Below, one piece after another: positions 26,313 to 35,294 of a stretch of 64,000 bases of DNA. The first letter of the stretch is position 1, and every line of letters starts with the position of its first letter. The notes beneath the pieces are model-generated. The model was given only the letters and a program-made list of their open reading frames with translations. It did not search any database and was not told the origin of the DNA. Location: the NCBI GenBank assembly GCA_009843785.1, contig VYCT01000369.1:3655-67654 (forward strand). The letters run 5' to 3'. The position numbers were made by a program, and so were the translations under genes. Source of the stretch: Candidatus Poribacteria bacterium. Lineage in GTDB: Bacteria > Poribacteria > WGA-4E > WGA-3G.

Positions 26313-27178
26313 AGTCCCTCTCCCTTCTCGATTTTTTCGAGGATCCGTTTGGCAAACCTCTTTTCGCTTCGTTGGACTGATTCCAATTCGTATTGATCGT
26401 CAGAAATGCAGTGCCGGTGTGCTTCTATAGGGAGGTTATAGTTCTCATTGAAGTAGAAACTAAATTGATACCGATTGAAAACGACGCGACGTGGATAATC
26501 TTCTTTCCAAAACTTTGCGCCGTGCATCAGTCGTGATGAGAAAATGAGGCAATCCCCTGCTTTCAATTCAAACGTAATTGCGGGTGCCCATTCGTTATCA
26601 ATGTCAAGCGTCGTAGGGAGTTTGATCTGCGATTTATGTGTGCCGGGAATGCACATAAAACCGTTATCCTGTGGCACATCAACGAGCGTTATGGCCGTAT
26701 TGACATAATTGCTATAGATCTGACCATTACCAGCTTGATAATCGTTATGCGGGTTCCGGAACCCATCAGGAAAGTCAAAACCGCTTGTGTCGCGGTGAAG
26801 TCTCTCCTTTTCGTCTTCAGGAATAGGACGTTGCTTCTGCAAGACGAGCGCGCAATTGAAAAGTCTCGGACGGTTCCACATCAAGCCCATCACAATCCGT
26901 AAGGCTTTCTCGTTGAGCGATAACCGCTCGAAAATCCGATCCCCGTACTGAACATTGTTTAACACACCGCTATATTCGTCTTGAGTGACATTTACGGGTT
27001 CAGGCACGATTTCAGGGTGCGCAAACCATCTATTTGCAATCTCAAGCATCTGTTCAACTTCTGCTGGTGACACCACCTGCCGAAGCACTAAATAGCCAAA
27101 CAGATCGTAGTGCCATTTCTCTTCTTCTGTTAGCGTAGATGGAAGATCAATCGCACTGTCTTCACCGCGAATTAGCAT
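26306..27178 (-). CDS. Phytanoyl-CoA dioxygenase (PhyH) family protein
   Basis: LHRDTS, FMCIPGTHKS and FSSRLMHGA blocks. Overlaps the downstream paralog by 7 nt. Confidence 0.7.
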   Translation of the reverse strand: MLIRGEDSAIDLPSTLTEEEKWHYDLFGYLVLRQVVSPAEVEQMLEIANRWFAHPEIVPEPVNVTQDEYSGVLNNVQYGDRIFERLSLNEKALRIVMGLMWNRPRLFNCALVLQKQRPIPEDEKERLHRDTSGFDFPDGFRNPHNDYQAGNGQIYSNYVNTAITLVDVPQDNGFMCIPGTHKSQIKLPTTLDIDNEWAPAITFELKAGDCLIFSSRLMHGAKFWKEDYPRRVVFNRYQFSFYFNENYNLPIEAHRHCISDDQYELESVQRSEKRFAKRILEKIEKGEGLC

Positions 27179-27197
27179 ACTCTCTCCTATTCCATAT

Positions 27198-27310
27198 CAA
27201 ATAATCGTAACCACCAGGCCCCCATGACAAAGCACCATGGGTTGTCCAATGCCTTGAATGGCTGTCCAAAGCCGAACACCGTTAATCGGAAGTATCTGTT
27301 CTTGGTACAT
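27198..27310 (-). pseudogene. Short remnant of an alpha/beta-hydrolase N-terminus
   Basis: The reverse strand reads MYQEQILPINGVRLWTAIQGIGQP. After a 1-nt frame slip it reads MVLCHGG, the classic INGxxL...G.G.PxVLLHGG start of alpha/beta hydrolases. A stop follows immediately, and there is no body of the gene. Confidence 0.3.
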
Positions 27311-27481
27311 ATCTCCTCAATTCTAAGCGAGGTTGGTTTATCCTGATTTGACGCAGGCCCAAGTTTCTGTTCACGATTTCATCAAATCGGATAGATTGCA
27401 ATTGGTGTAACTATATTATCTGATTAAATCATTGTCAACTGAAATTTCTGACATCGGGATGGGTCAGTGCAGCCCTACCCC

Positions 27482-27510
27482 TTGACATGAAGACGAAATT
27501 AGTAGATAAT
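27482..27510 (+). promoter_or_regulatory. Sigma70-type promoter TTGACA-17 nt-GATAAT
   Basis: TTGACA at 27482-27487 and GATAAT at 27505-27510, about 85 nt upstream of ATG 27597. Confidence 0.55.
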
Positions 27511-27596
27511 CTAAGCAGCAGTCGGAAGAGTTATGTCCATTAACAACTCGATGAATTCGACGTGAACGGCACGCTTAACTTAAAAGGGGGCTGACA

Positions 27597-28817
27597 ATGA
27601 AGGTAGATCCACAGCAACTTATTGATGATGGCTACATTGTGCTACGGCAGGTCGTTCCACCTGATCAGTTGGAAGAACTGAGGACGAATTTTGAAATCCT
27701 CCTCGAAAAACAAAAAGTCGTCTGGGCAAGAGAACGAAAACCGGACGAACAACCCGGTGGCGTTTGGACAACGAGTGCGCAGCCGAGAGTGTTTTTTGAT
27801 GAGGTTGTTGACACTGCGACCGCCAATACTGTTGAATTTTGTCTGCATGAGAACACCCTCGGTGTGAGCCAACAACTCATGAGGGCACCCGAAGCGGCGA
27901 TAACATTAATGGCATTGATGTGTAATCCTGTGCAAGATCATGGTCCGGCGAGTTGGCATCGTGATATTGATCCCACGGTACAGGCACCGCTCAAGGGCAT
28001 GCAGATGGATTATGTTAAAAACGGACCAGGATATGTCCAATGGAACATTCCACTTTATGACGATAGCGTGTTTTGGCTCGTGCCGAAAAGTTATTGTCGT
28101 CCGAACACACCAGAGGAACACCAACACCTATTGACACGTGCCCAAGAACCGATGCCGGGTGGAATGCCAATCGAACTCTCAGCAGGCGATGGCGTTGTCT
28201 ATAGCCACATGGGTTTGCATTGGGGCAGCAATTACAGCACAAAACTGCGCCGGACTGTTCATCTCGGATATCGCGCCTTCGGTGGGGATTCGTATCCAAT
28301 TGTTGATCACTTTTATTGGAACCTGGAATTCACACAGCACCTTCCGACTGAAGTTCGCACTCAATTTGAACGTTTTTCCCAACTTCACCAACAGCAGTGT
28401 GATGTGATTGAGGCAACCTTTCACGCCATCCGTAACAAGGACGCTAACGGTTTTCGGAATACATTGGCGAAGCTGCACCCGGGTGAAAAGGAACGCATGG
28501 TCGCGGTCATATTCCTTTCAAAATTGGCGGACAAGGTTCGCAAACTCAAAGCTCCTGAAATTAACAAGTTGTCAGTTGAAGCGCGCATCGGGGAAATCTC
28601 TGCACATCGACTCAACTTCCATCTTTATGAGGATTTCGCACACCGTTTCTCTACTAAAGATGCCGAAAGCATTTGGAAAAGGTTCTCGACGCTTTACGAG
28701 AAAATTGAGGCAGAAATTATCCGATCCGTTCCAGAAAGAACATCCCGTGTGATGCGCTATCAACTGACCGATATGCCAGCGAATTTTGAAGTAGAGGACT
28801 TCATTCAGAGTTGGTAG
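27597..28817 (+). CDS. PhyH-like dioxygenase with extended helical C-terminus
   Basis: SWHRDIDP (HxD) and GDGVVYSHMGLHWGS blocks in the first 230 aa. The C-terminal 170 aa have no recognisable motif. Confidence 0.6.
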   Translation: MKVDPQQLIDDGYIVLRQVVPPDQLEELRTNFEILLEKQKVVWARERKPDEQPGGVWTTSAQPRVFFDEVVDTATANTVEFCLHENTLGVSQQLMRAPEAAITLMALMCNPVQDHGPASWHRDIDPTVQAPLKGMQMDYVKNGPGYVQWNIPLYDDSVFWLVPKSYCRPNTPEEHQHLLTRAQEPMPGGMPIELSAGDGVVYSHMGLHWGSNYSTKLRRTVHLGYRAFGGDSYPIVDHFYWNLEFTQHLPTEVRTQFERFSQLHQQQCDVIEATFHAIRNKDANGFRNTLAKLHPGEKERMVAVIFLSKLADKVRKLKAPEINKLSVEARIGEISAHRLNFHLYEDFAHRFSTKDAESIWKRFSTLYEKIEAEIIRSVPERTSRVMRYQLTDMPANFEVEDFIQSW

Positions 28818-28857
28818 AAATGTAGAACAACTTTCAAACAACCTGCGTCAATCAGAT

Positions 28858-30081
28858 ATGTCCATTGCGCAAAAGGTATGCGACTTGCGCTGGACGATTG
28901 AACAATTTCACCGTGAAGCGAACAGGAGGAAACCATTGGCACAAAATCAAAGTGTAATCATCAAAATTGAAGCGGGTTCGGTCAATCGGCACAATGACCT
29001 TGTCCGCTTGCGTTTCAAGCCGAAACGTTATTTTCCCGATTGGCAAGAAGGCACCTCAGCACTTGCGATGTCTATAACGGATGCAGACGGTCATGCTCCC
29101 GGTAAGGATGTCCCCTGTCAATTCGAGCCGACGCTACGCGAGCTCGCATGGCAGACAGGCGAACTTCCGGCGGGGACATCGGCACATTATGCGATCCGAC
29201 ACATCAATAGACCACCGCCAAAAGCGCGTTATCAAATCGAACAGAAACCTGCACATCTGCTCATTTCTGCCGATGACGCGGTATTCGCACGATACAACTT
29301 CCTCGGTGTCTGGAAGCCCTACTTTTGGCCCCTCAACGGGAACCACGGGACTGTAGTCCGAGGCGCAGGCGGCGAGGATCATCCGCATCACACAGGACTT
29401 TACCTTGCCTACGGAGGGCACGGTGAAGGCGGATCTGCAAACATCTGGTCCGATTGGGATGAACCCCCTTATGGTCCCTGCGGGAAGATGTTGCACCAAC
29501 GCTTTGTCCGCATCACTGAAGGAGATGTCTACGCTGAATTTGTCGAAGACCTGATCCATGTCAAGGGAGATGGTGAGGTTATTATGACAGAAACGCGGAC
29601 CGCCCGGGTATGGTATGCGGACGATACGCGACGGTTTCTGGAAATTACGCACGAAACGACACCACCGCTGGACATCGGCGATCGGCAATTCCTCTGTGTC
29701 GCGCGTTTGAATCCGTCAATGGGTATCCCAGAAAAAGGGCATGTTGAAAATTCTGAAGGACAGATCGGCAGAACAGCAGTGCATCACCAACGCGCACGGT
29801 GGTGCGATTTAGGCGGCACGGTGGGAAACGGCGTGAGCGGTATTGCGCTGTTTGATCACCCAGAAAACGCTGAACATCCGGGCTTTTTCGGGGAAATCGC
29901 TGTACCGGAACAGATGAGCATCCTCCACCATCCGCCCGATGAGTTGGAAGATGACCGTTTCCGTCTGCGATTCGGGGTTTATGTCCACGAAGGTGTTACA
30001 CCCGCGGCAGATGTCGAACGGCATTATCAGTGCTACATAAATCCGGTGCAGGCGGAGGTCTTGAGGAACTTAGAACTTTAG
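28858..30081 (+). CDS. DUF6807 (PmoA-like) family protein
   Basis: YFWPLNGNHGTVVRGAGGEDHPHHTGLYLAYGGHGEGGSANIWS matches the P.DHpHHRGl...FW signature of this family. Its usual neighbour, a Gfo/Idh/MocA oxidoreductase, is 1 kb away. The start is uncertain. Confidence 0.6.
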   Translation: MSIAQKVCDLRWTIEQFHREANRRKPLAQNQSVIIKIEAGSVNRHNDLVRLRFKPKRYFPDWQEGTSALAMSITDADGHAPGKDVPCQFEPTLRELAWQTGELPAGTSAHYAIRHINRPPPKARYQIEQKPAHLLISADDAVFARYNFLGVWKPYFWPLNGNHGTVVRGAGGEDHPHHTGLYLAYGGHGEGGSANIWSDWDEPPYGPCGKMLHQRFVRITEGDVYAEFVEDLIHVKGDGEVIMTETRTARVWYADDTRRFLEITHETTPPLDIGDRQFLCVARLNPSMGIPEKGHVENSEGQIGRTAVHHQRARWCDLGGTVGNGVSGIALFDHPENAEHPGFFGEIAVPEQMSILHHPPDELEDDRFRLRFGVYVHEGVTPAADVERHYQCYINPVQAEVLRNLEL

Positions 30082-30113
30082 GCGATAACAGCACCAAGCA
30101 GACCGTCGCCAAT

Positions 30114-30932
30114 TTACTCCGGCCGCTTGCGGTGCTTGACATCGAGTTCGCGAAGGAGCACCAAAGTGTCCTCAAACGACAGTTCACCCGTTGAAGCCGT
30201 GTGTTCGAGGTAGTCGCGCGTTTTGTTGTTGAATACACTATAAAAGGCGCGTGCTTCAGGATCTGGATGGTCTCGCCACAGTGCAACAGGTATGATGGAA
30301 TCCTCGCTCAAGTACCGACGGTTCGGATGCCCATAATAGACTTGCACCGTCTTGCGTTCTGCCTGTGTGGGACGGGTCGTAGCCGTGTGTAAAACACCGA
30401 TGTTGAAGAGTATAGCTGTCCCAGCGGGACCGTACAAATCGACAATTCCGCCACGCGCTAACTGCGCATCTGTTTCGAGAATCTCAGCATCCACCGATTC
30501 TGGTGATAAGGAGAAACAGTGCGTCGTTTCATCAACATCGGTCAGATACAGCATCAACTGGACGAACCCGATGCGCAACGGATGCTCAAGCCAGTGCCTC
30601 GGGCCATCTCGATGCCAGCCGCGATTCAGTTCACCCTCGTATGCTGCCATGTGCCGGATGCAGATTTCCGAAAAGCAAGGGGCATTGCCCATCAGTGCGT
30701 GTAGGCAATCCATGACGATCGGATGCCGAATCACATTGTCGAATTCAGGTGAAGTCAGAAGTGCATCGCAATTCACGGTCTGGTAATGTCCGATACGATA
30801 CCAGTGATCTTCAACGTCAGTCCGGTCCCGGTCAAAGACATGAACAAAATGCGCAACCTCGGCATCGCTGAGAATCTTACCGAGTGAAACGTAGCCATTT
30901 TCTTTAAAAAACGCATAATCCGCTGGTTTCAT
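30114..30932 (-). CDS. Phytanoyl-CoA dioxygenase (PhyH) family protein
   Basis: GWHRDGP and AILFNIGVLHTA blocks. Confidence 0.7.
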   Translation of the reverse strand: MKPADYAFFKENGYVSLGKILSDAEVAHFVHVFDRDRTDVEDHWYRIGHYQTVNCDALLTSPEFDNVIRHPIVMDCLHALMGNAPCFSEICIRHMAAYEGELNRGWHRDGPRHWLEHPLRIGFVQLMLYLTDVDETTHCFSLSPESVDAEILETDAQLARGGIVDLYGPAGTAILFNIGVLHTATTRPTQAERKTVQVYYGHPNRRYLSEDSIIPVALWRDHPDPEARAFYSVFNNKTRDYLEHTASTGELSFEDTLVLLRELDVKHRKRPE

Positions 30933-30960
30933 GTAATTTTCCTCGCCTCGATCCTCTGCG

Positions 30961-30986
30961 GGCGCGGTCGGGAGACCGCGCCTACA
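30961..30986 (-). repeat. GTAG-headed REP-like hairpin (minus strand TGTAG-GCGCGGTC-TCCC-GACCGCGCC)
   Basis: Read directly. A 9-bp perfect GC stem (30961-30969 with 30974-30982) and a 4-nt loop, with CTACA at 30982-30986 on the plus strand. Confidence 0.7.
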
Positions 30987-31035
30987 AGAGTTTGTGGGTT
31001 CACTGTTTTGGGGATTTTTAGTGCATCAATGCTTT

Positions 31036-32142
31036 CTATCGACTCGCTTGTAAGCGTCGAACCCGAGCCGGTGTGTCATCGCCTTGGATCTCCGAGGAAA
31101 GAATGCGGAGGCTCCGATCTTCGACCGGTAACTCAACCTTTACGCAGCCACGGCGATGCGATTCTCGGAGCGCGACGGCTACCTCTAACGCAGCACGACC
31201 ATCTTCACCTGAACACTTCGGCGAAGTCCCGTTCTCAATGGCGTCAATGAGATCTTCAACGATTGTGATGCCCATGCCTTGCATCCGTACAGGGATCGGG
31301 AATGGACATTGTGCAGGCACGCCGCGTCCGCGCCGTCCGCCCGGAATCACACGAATCAACTCAAATGTTTCAGCGTTGTTGACAGAACGGATACGTCCGG
31401 TTGTGCCGATGACATCGACTTCCCACGGTGCCGCGCCACACGACGTGCTGCGGAGATACGCACGCACACCGTTATCAAAAACGAGATAGCCGTTTCCTTG
31501 CAGGTCACTTTCACCTGCAGCGGCTGCATCGGACTGCATCTCACCGAAAACCCACTCAACGTTCCCACCTGCCATATAGCGCAGAATGTCAATCGCATGG
31601 CTGCCGTTATGTGAGAGTCCACACTGGGCATAGACAGTCACCTGCAGCACATCACCGATTTCGCCTTCGTCGATGAGTTTTCGGGCTTCGCTAAAGAACG
31701 GATTCCAGCGTCGCGCACAATTGATTGCCAGCGCGACACCTTCTGTTCGGCAGGTCTCCACTATCTCATCCGCCTCGGCGAGACTGAGCGAAATTGGTTT
31801 CTCTGCCCAGATCGCTTTGACCCTGGAGCGCGCCACATCTTGAACGATAGTTGACCGAATCCGTGCTGTCGTACAGACGCTAACAAGGTCCAGATTTTCC
31901 TTCTCCAGCATCTCACGATAGTCGCTATAGATATGTTCTGCATCCAATCCCCACCGTTCACCGAAAATTGCCCCTTGTTCGGCATGTAGATCAGCCCCGG
32001 CGACCAGTTCTACATTCGGTGCAGCGTGATAAGTTGGACCGTGGCAATACGGTAAAAAGAGCGATCCCCCTTGCGTGATTTCGTCGTCAAAGGTGCTGCC
32101 CATACGTCCTAAACCGATTACACCTGCTCGATAAGTTGTCAT
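31036..32142 (-). CDS. Gfo/Idh/MocA family oxidoreductase
   Basis: N-terminal Rossmann YRAGVIGLGRMGS and the length and architecture typical of the family. Confidence 0.8.
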   Translation of the reverse strand: MTTYRAGVIGLGRMGSTFDDEITQGGSLFLPYCHGPTYHAAPNVELVAGADLHAEQGAIFGERWGLDAEHIYSDYREMLEKENLDLVSVCTTARIRSTIVQDVARSRVKAIWAEKPISLSLAEADEIVETCRTEGVALAINCARRWNPFFSEARKLIDEGEIGDVLQVTVYAQCGLSHNGSHAIDILRYMAGGNVEWVFGEMQSDAAAAGESDLQGNGYLVFDNGVRAYLRSTSCGAAPWEVDVIGTTGRIRSVNNAETFELIRVIPGGRRGRGVPAQCPFPIPVRMQGMGITIVEDLIDAIENGTSPKCSGEDGRAALEVAVALRESHRRGCVKVELPVEDRSLRILSSEIQGDDTPARVRRLQASR

Positions 32143-32166
32143 CTTTTTCTCCTTTTTCGGTAAAAT

Positions 32167-33323
32167 TCAAAGATCACTCTCCCACATAACTTCCGTGACA
32201 ACATCAGCTGTCTTAGTGCTAAATAGTGTAAGACCACCCCAATCCGACACGGCTTCATCTGGATCTTCAGCATCTAAGGTTGAAATGTCTTTGACACCCA
32301 TAACACTCTCCTGACGAGAGAAATAATAGGTTTTGAAAGTTTTTTCATTCAAGATTGTTTCCGAGAGGTTTTTGGAATAGACATTTGCATTCAAATCCAA
32401 CAACTGTCTTAACCGTGCCGGAGCAGTTTTTGATTTAGCAATAAGTCGAATCGCCCAGATAAGTTCTAAGATTTGGGATGAATGCGTAGAAACGATAATT
32501 TTGTAGCCCCGCCGCAAGAGGTCAAAAAGAATAATGAACAAAACCGAAATGGATTGCGGGTGTAATCCCATTTCTGGTTCTTCAATTACAACCCAATTGA
32601 GATTATTTTTTTTCGCGCGCCACCTGAAGGCATTGATTGATACAAGCCCATCAAAAGCGGCACAAATTCTCGCTGCCCCGTGGACCAGGTCATAAAAGGG
32701 AGATGACTACCTGCAACGTCCAAAACGATACGTTTTCGCAAACCGGAACGGTCGAGCTTAACTTGAGCCCCGCCAAAGATATTTTCTCCAATTGTATCTC
32801 GTATGATTTTATTCATACGGCCGGCCTGTGGAAAAATGATGTCCTCACTGGAACCTGAACTCATTTCCAATAGTAAACGCAAATGCTCACTGAATTGCTT
32901 AACAACGTACGGGTCGCCGATAGCGTAGTCAGTAAACGCTCGAGGCCAGCCATCTTTGAGCGTCATCGCCCGATGGGCAGGTATCAGGAACAAGGATTCC
33001 GCTTTTCTCTTTTCTTTTTTCGTTAACACCTCCTCAAGTTCAAATATTTCGTTGTCCACAGTGATTTTTGTTGCTGCGGTGCTCCAAATCTTTTCCATCC
33101 CCTCACCGAAATAGAGGGATAAAAAATGCTCGGTTTTTCCGTGCCAATCAAAGCCGTGCTTCTTAAGAGTCCGAGTAATATCATTTCTATCTAAAATTAA
33201 CTTCACAAGTTGGAGCAGAATGCTTTTCCCACTCGCTTGCTCACCGACAAATACTGTTAAATCGCCAAAGGAAATATCGGCTTCACGAATTTGCCCCAAT
33301 GAAGTTAGTTCAATACGTTCCAT
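32167..33323 (-). pseudogene. ABC/SMC-like AAA ATPase (AAA_15/21-type) split by a frameshift in an A8 run
   Basis: The N-terminal ORF carries Walker A FVGEQASGKS. The C-terminal ORF carries VVIEEPEMGLHP (Walker B/D-loop) and IIVSTHS. The two frames meet at the T8 run 32606-32613, and one extra A would fuse them as ...GGARKKNNLNWVVIEEPEMGLHP. Confidence 0.75.
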
Positions 33324-33366
33324 AATTATCTTGTTCCCCTTTCTAATATGCTAACTGGGTTAATAT

Positions 33367-34005
33367 CTATTTTACTACAATTCGGATTTTTTCATAGACA
33401 AAATCCAGCCACTTGTCTTGTGGTGGTATAATTTTGGGTTTCGGCGAAAGCGGTGTCCAATATGGCTTGAAAATGTGTCCTCTATCGCTCTTTAATTCCC
33501 ATGCATCTTCTGTTTCCTCTTGTGTGCTTAATAGAAAAAAATGCCTCGTTTTCTGCACACCTATGTTTTCATTTGGCACCCATCCGGTAATGTTATAGCA
33601 GATACATGTCGGATTAGGATGTTTGTCGTATTCGATATATGAAATATGCGTAAAATCTGCCCGTATGGAATGGTAATTGACAGTCATCCCCTTTGTGAGT
33701 TTTTCTTTGTAAGGCATCGCGTTTAAATCAGGTTGAATATAAACCTGCGTTGTTTCCACTATTATTCGCTCCCCTTCCGCCAACTCATTCTCAAAACAAC
33801 CCAGATAGCCTTCAATTTCCACAAACTGTAAGCCTGTTTCTTCATAAACTTCTCGCTTTACAGCGGTTTCAAGGTCTTCACTCTTTTCAACAGTCCCTGC
33901 CGGGATCTGGACACCCGCAGTCGGATGTTTGAAAACAAGCAATTCTTTGACACCATTTCTCTCACGTACGATAAAGGCAGTAACCTTTTGGACAACTTCA
34001 TTCAT
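33367..34005 (-). CDS. NUDIX hydrolase with a C-terminal extension
   Basis: Nudix box GTVEKSEDLETAVKREVYEETGL (G-x5-E-x7-REVxEETG). Confidence 0.75.
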   Translation of the reverse strand: MNEVVQKVTAFIVRERNGVKELLVFKHPTAGVQIPAGTVEKSEDLETAVKREVYEETGLQFVEIEGYLGCFENELAEGERIIVETTQVYIQPDLNAMPYKEKLTKGMTVNYHSIRADFTHISYIEYDKHPNPTCICYNITGWVPNENIGVQKTRHFFLLSTQEETEDAWELKSDRGHIFKPYWTPLSPKPKIIPPQDKWLDFVYEKIRIVVK

Positions 34006-34041
34006 TTGTATTTCCCTTAGCTTGTGAAAAGAAAATATCTC

Positions 34042-35187
34042 TTATTTTAACCCTTTAGGTGCCAATTCGCCAATGGAACTTTCCAGAATATCGGAGGCTT
34101 CGGTGGGTATATGCTTAGCCGTTGGCGGAAGCGGTGTATCAAAAAAGTAGTCAGGGTCGGCTTTCTGTCGTTGCCAAGTTTCGCGCATCTCTCGCCAAGC
34201 CCCAAAAAGCGTGCGCGGTTCGGGCATGTCTTCGGCAATTAGATGGTGCAATTTTTTCAAATTGTAGCAGGGCACGCCCGCAAACATGTGATGCTCAATG
34301 TGCCAATTCATACGCCAATACAAAAACTCTGCGACCGGATTCAGCTTGATTGACCGTGCACATTTACGGAAGTCAGGGTCATTTTCCTTTAAACCACAAT
34401 GTTGGGGCATAGAAACGAGGTAGGACCCCCAGTTTGCAATAAATGCGCTGGCAGTGACGATGAGCGGAAACACCCAATAGCCTGTGGCGAGTGAAACGAC
34501 AAACAGTGCACCGTGAAAAAGGAGTAGCATCCGAGACCACCAAATCGAATTTTGATGTTCTTCGGGTTGGTCGGCATGTAGTGATGCCAACCACTCCTGA
34601 CTCGGAATATCTGGCGGTCCTTCTTTGCCAAAGGCACTACGGGTGGTGCAGATAACCGCAGCCATAAGACCGCCTTTGCTAAAGGTGCGACCGGGTTGCG
34701 TGAGCAAATTTATGGTAAACAGTTGAAGCACAAACAGGGAACCCAACTTCGGTTCAAGCGGGAGAAGGTTTTCGCGATCGCCTTCGGGGTATAAGGTGTA
34801 GCGATGATGATAGGTATGGCTACTGGCGTAGTCAAAATGATCCCACCAACTGATGAGGCTAAAGAGATAAAGAAAAAATTTGTTCAACCACTTGGTCCGA
34901 AATACGGTGCCGTGTCCCAATTCGTGATTGGCTGTCCCTTTGAAAAAACTGGCGACCGTGCCATGCACAAATAAGGCAATGCAAAAGCCAAGCCACATCG
35001 CTTGCGACCAAAAGAAGTAGACCCAACTCCCCGTCAATAGCCAGAGGGCAAGATGTCCGCCTGCCTGAAACCAACCTTGCAAATCACTTCGTTTTGATAG
35101 ATCACGTAAGGTGGTGTGGTCTATTCTGCTCCGGTACCATTTTACACGAAGCACTTCGCGTACTTCAGCAAGGGGCTGATAAGTCAT
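34042..35187 (-). CDS. Membrane fatty-acid desaturase family protein
   Basis: Three histidine boxes, HELGHG, HTYHH and HIEHH, interleaved with hydrophobic helices. Confidence 0.8.
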   Translation of the reverse strand: MTYQPLAEVREVLRVKWYRSRIDHTTLRDLSKRSDLQGWFQAGGHLALWLLTGSWVYFFWSQAMWLGFCIALFVHGTVASFFKGTANHELGHGTVFRTKWLNKFFLYLFSLISWWDHFDYASSHTYHHRYTLYPEGDRENLLPLEPKLGSLFVLQLFTINLLTQPGRTFSKGGLMAAVICTTRSAFGKEGPPDIPSQEWLASLHADQPEEHQNSIWWSRMLLLFHGALFVVSLATGYWVFPLIVTASAFIANWGSYLVSMPQHCGLKENDPDFRKCARSIKLNPVAEFLYWRMNWHIEHHMFAGVPCYNLKKLHHLIAEDMPEPRTLFGAWREMRETWQRQKADPDYFFDTPLPPTAKHIPTEASDILESSIGELAPKGLK

Positions 35188-35294
35188 TTGAATCTCCTCT
35201 TTATCGCCAATATTTATTCAACATTTGCCACACTGCCGTCTATTCAACAGCTGCTTTGGAAAATGGTGCCCCTGTATTATACCATTAGGGAAAT

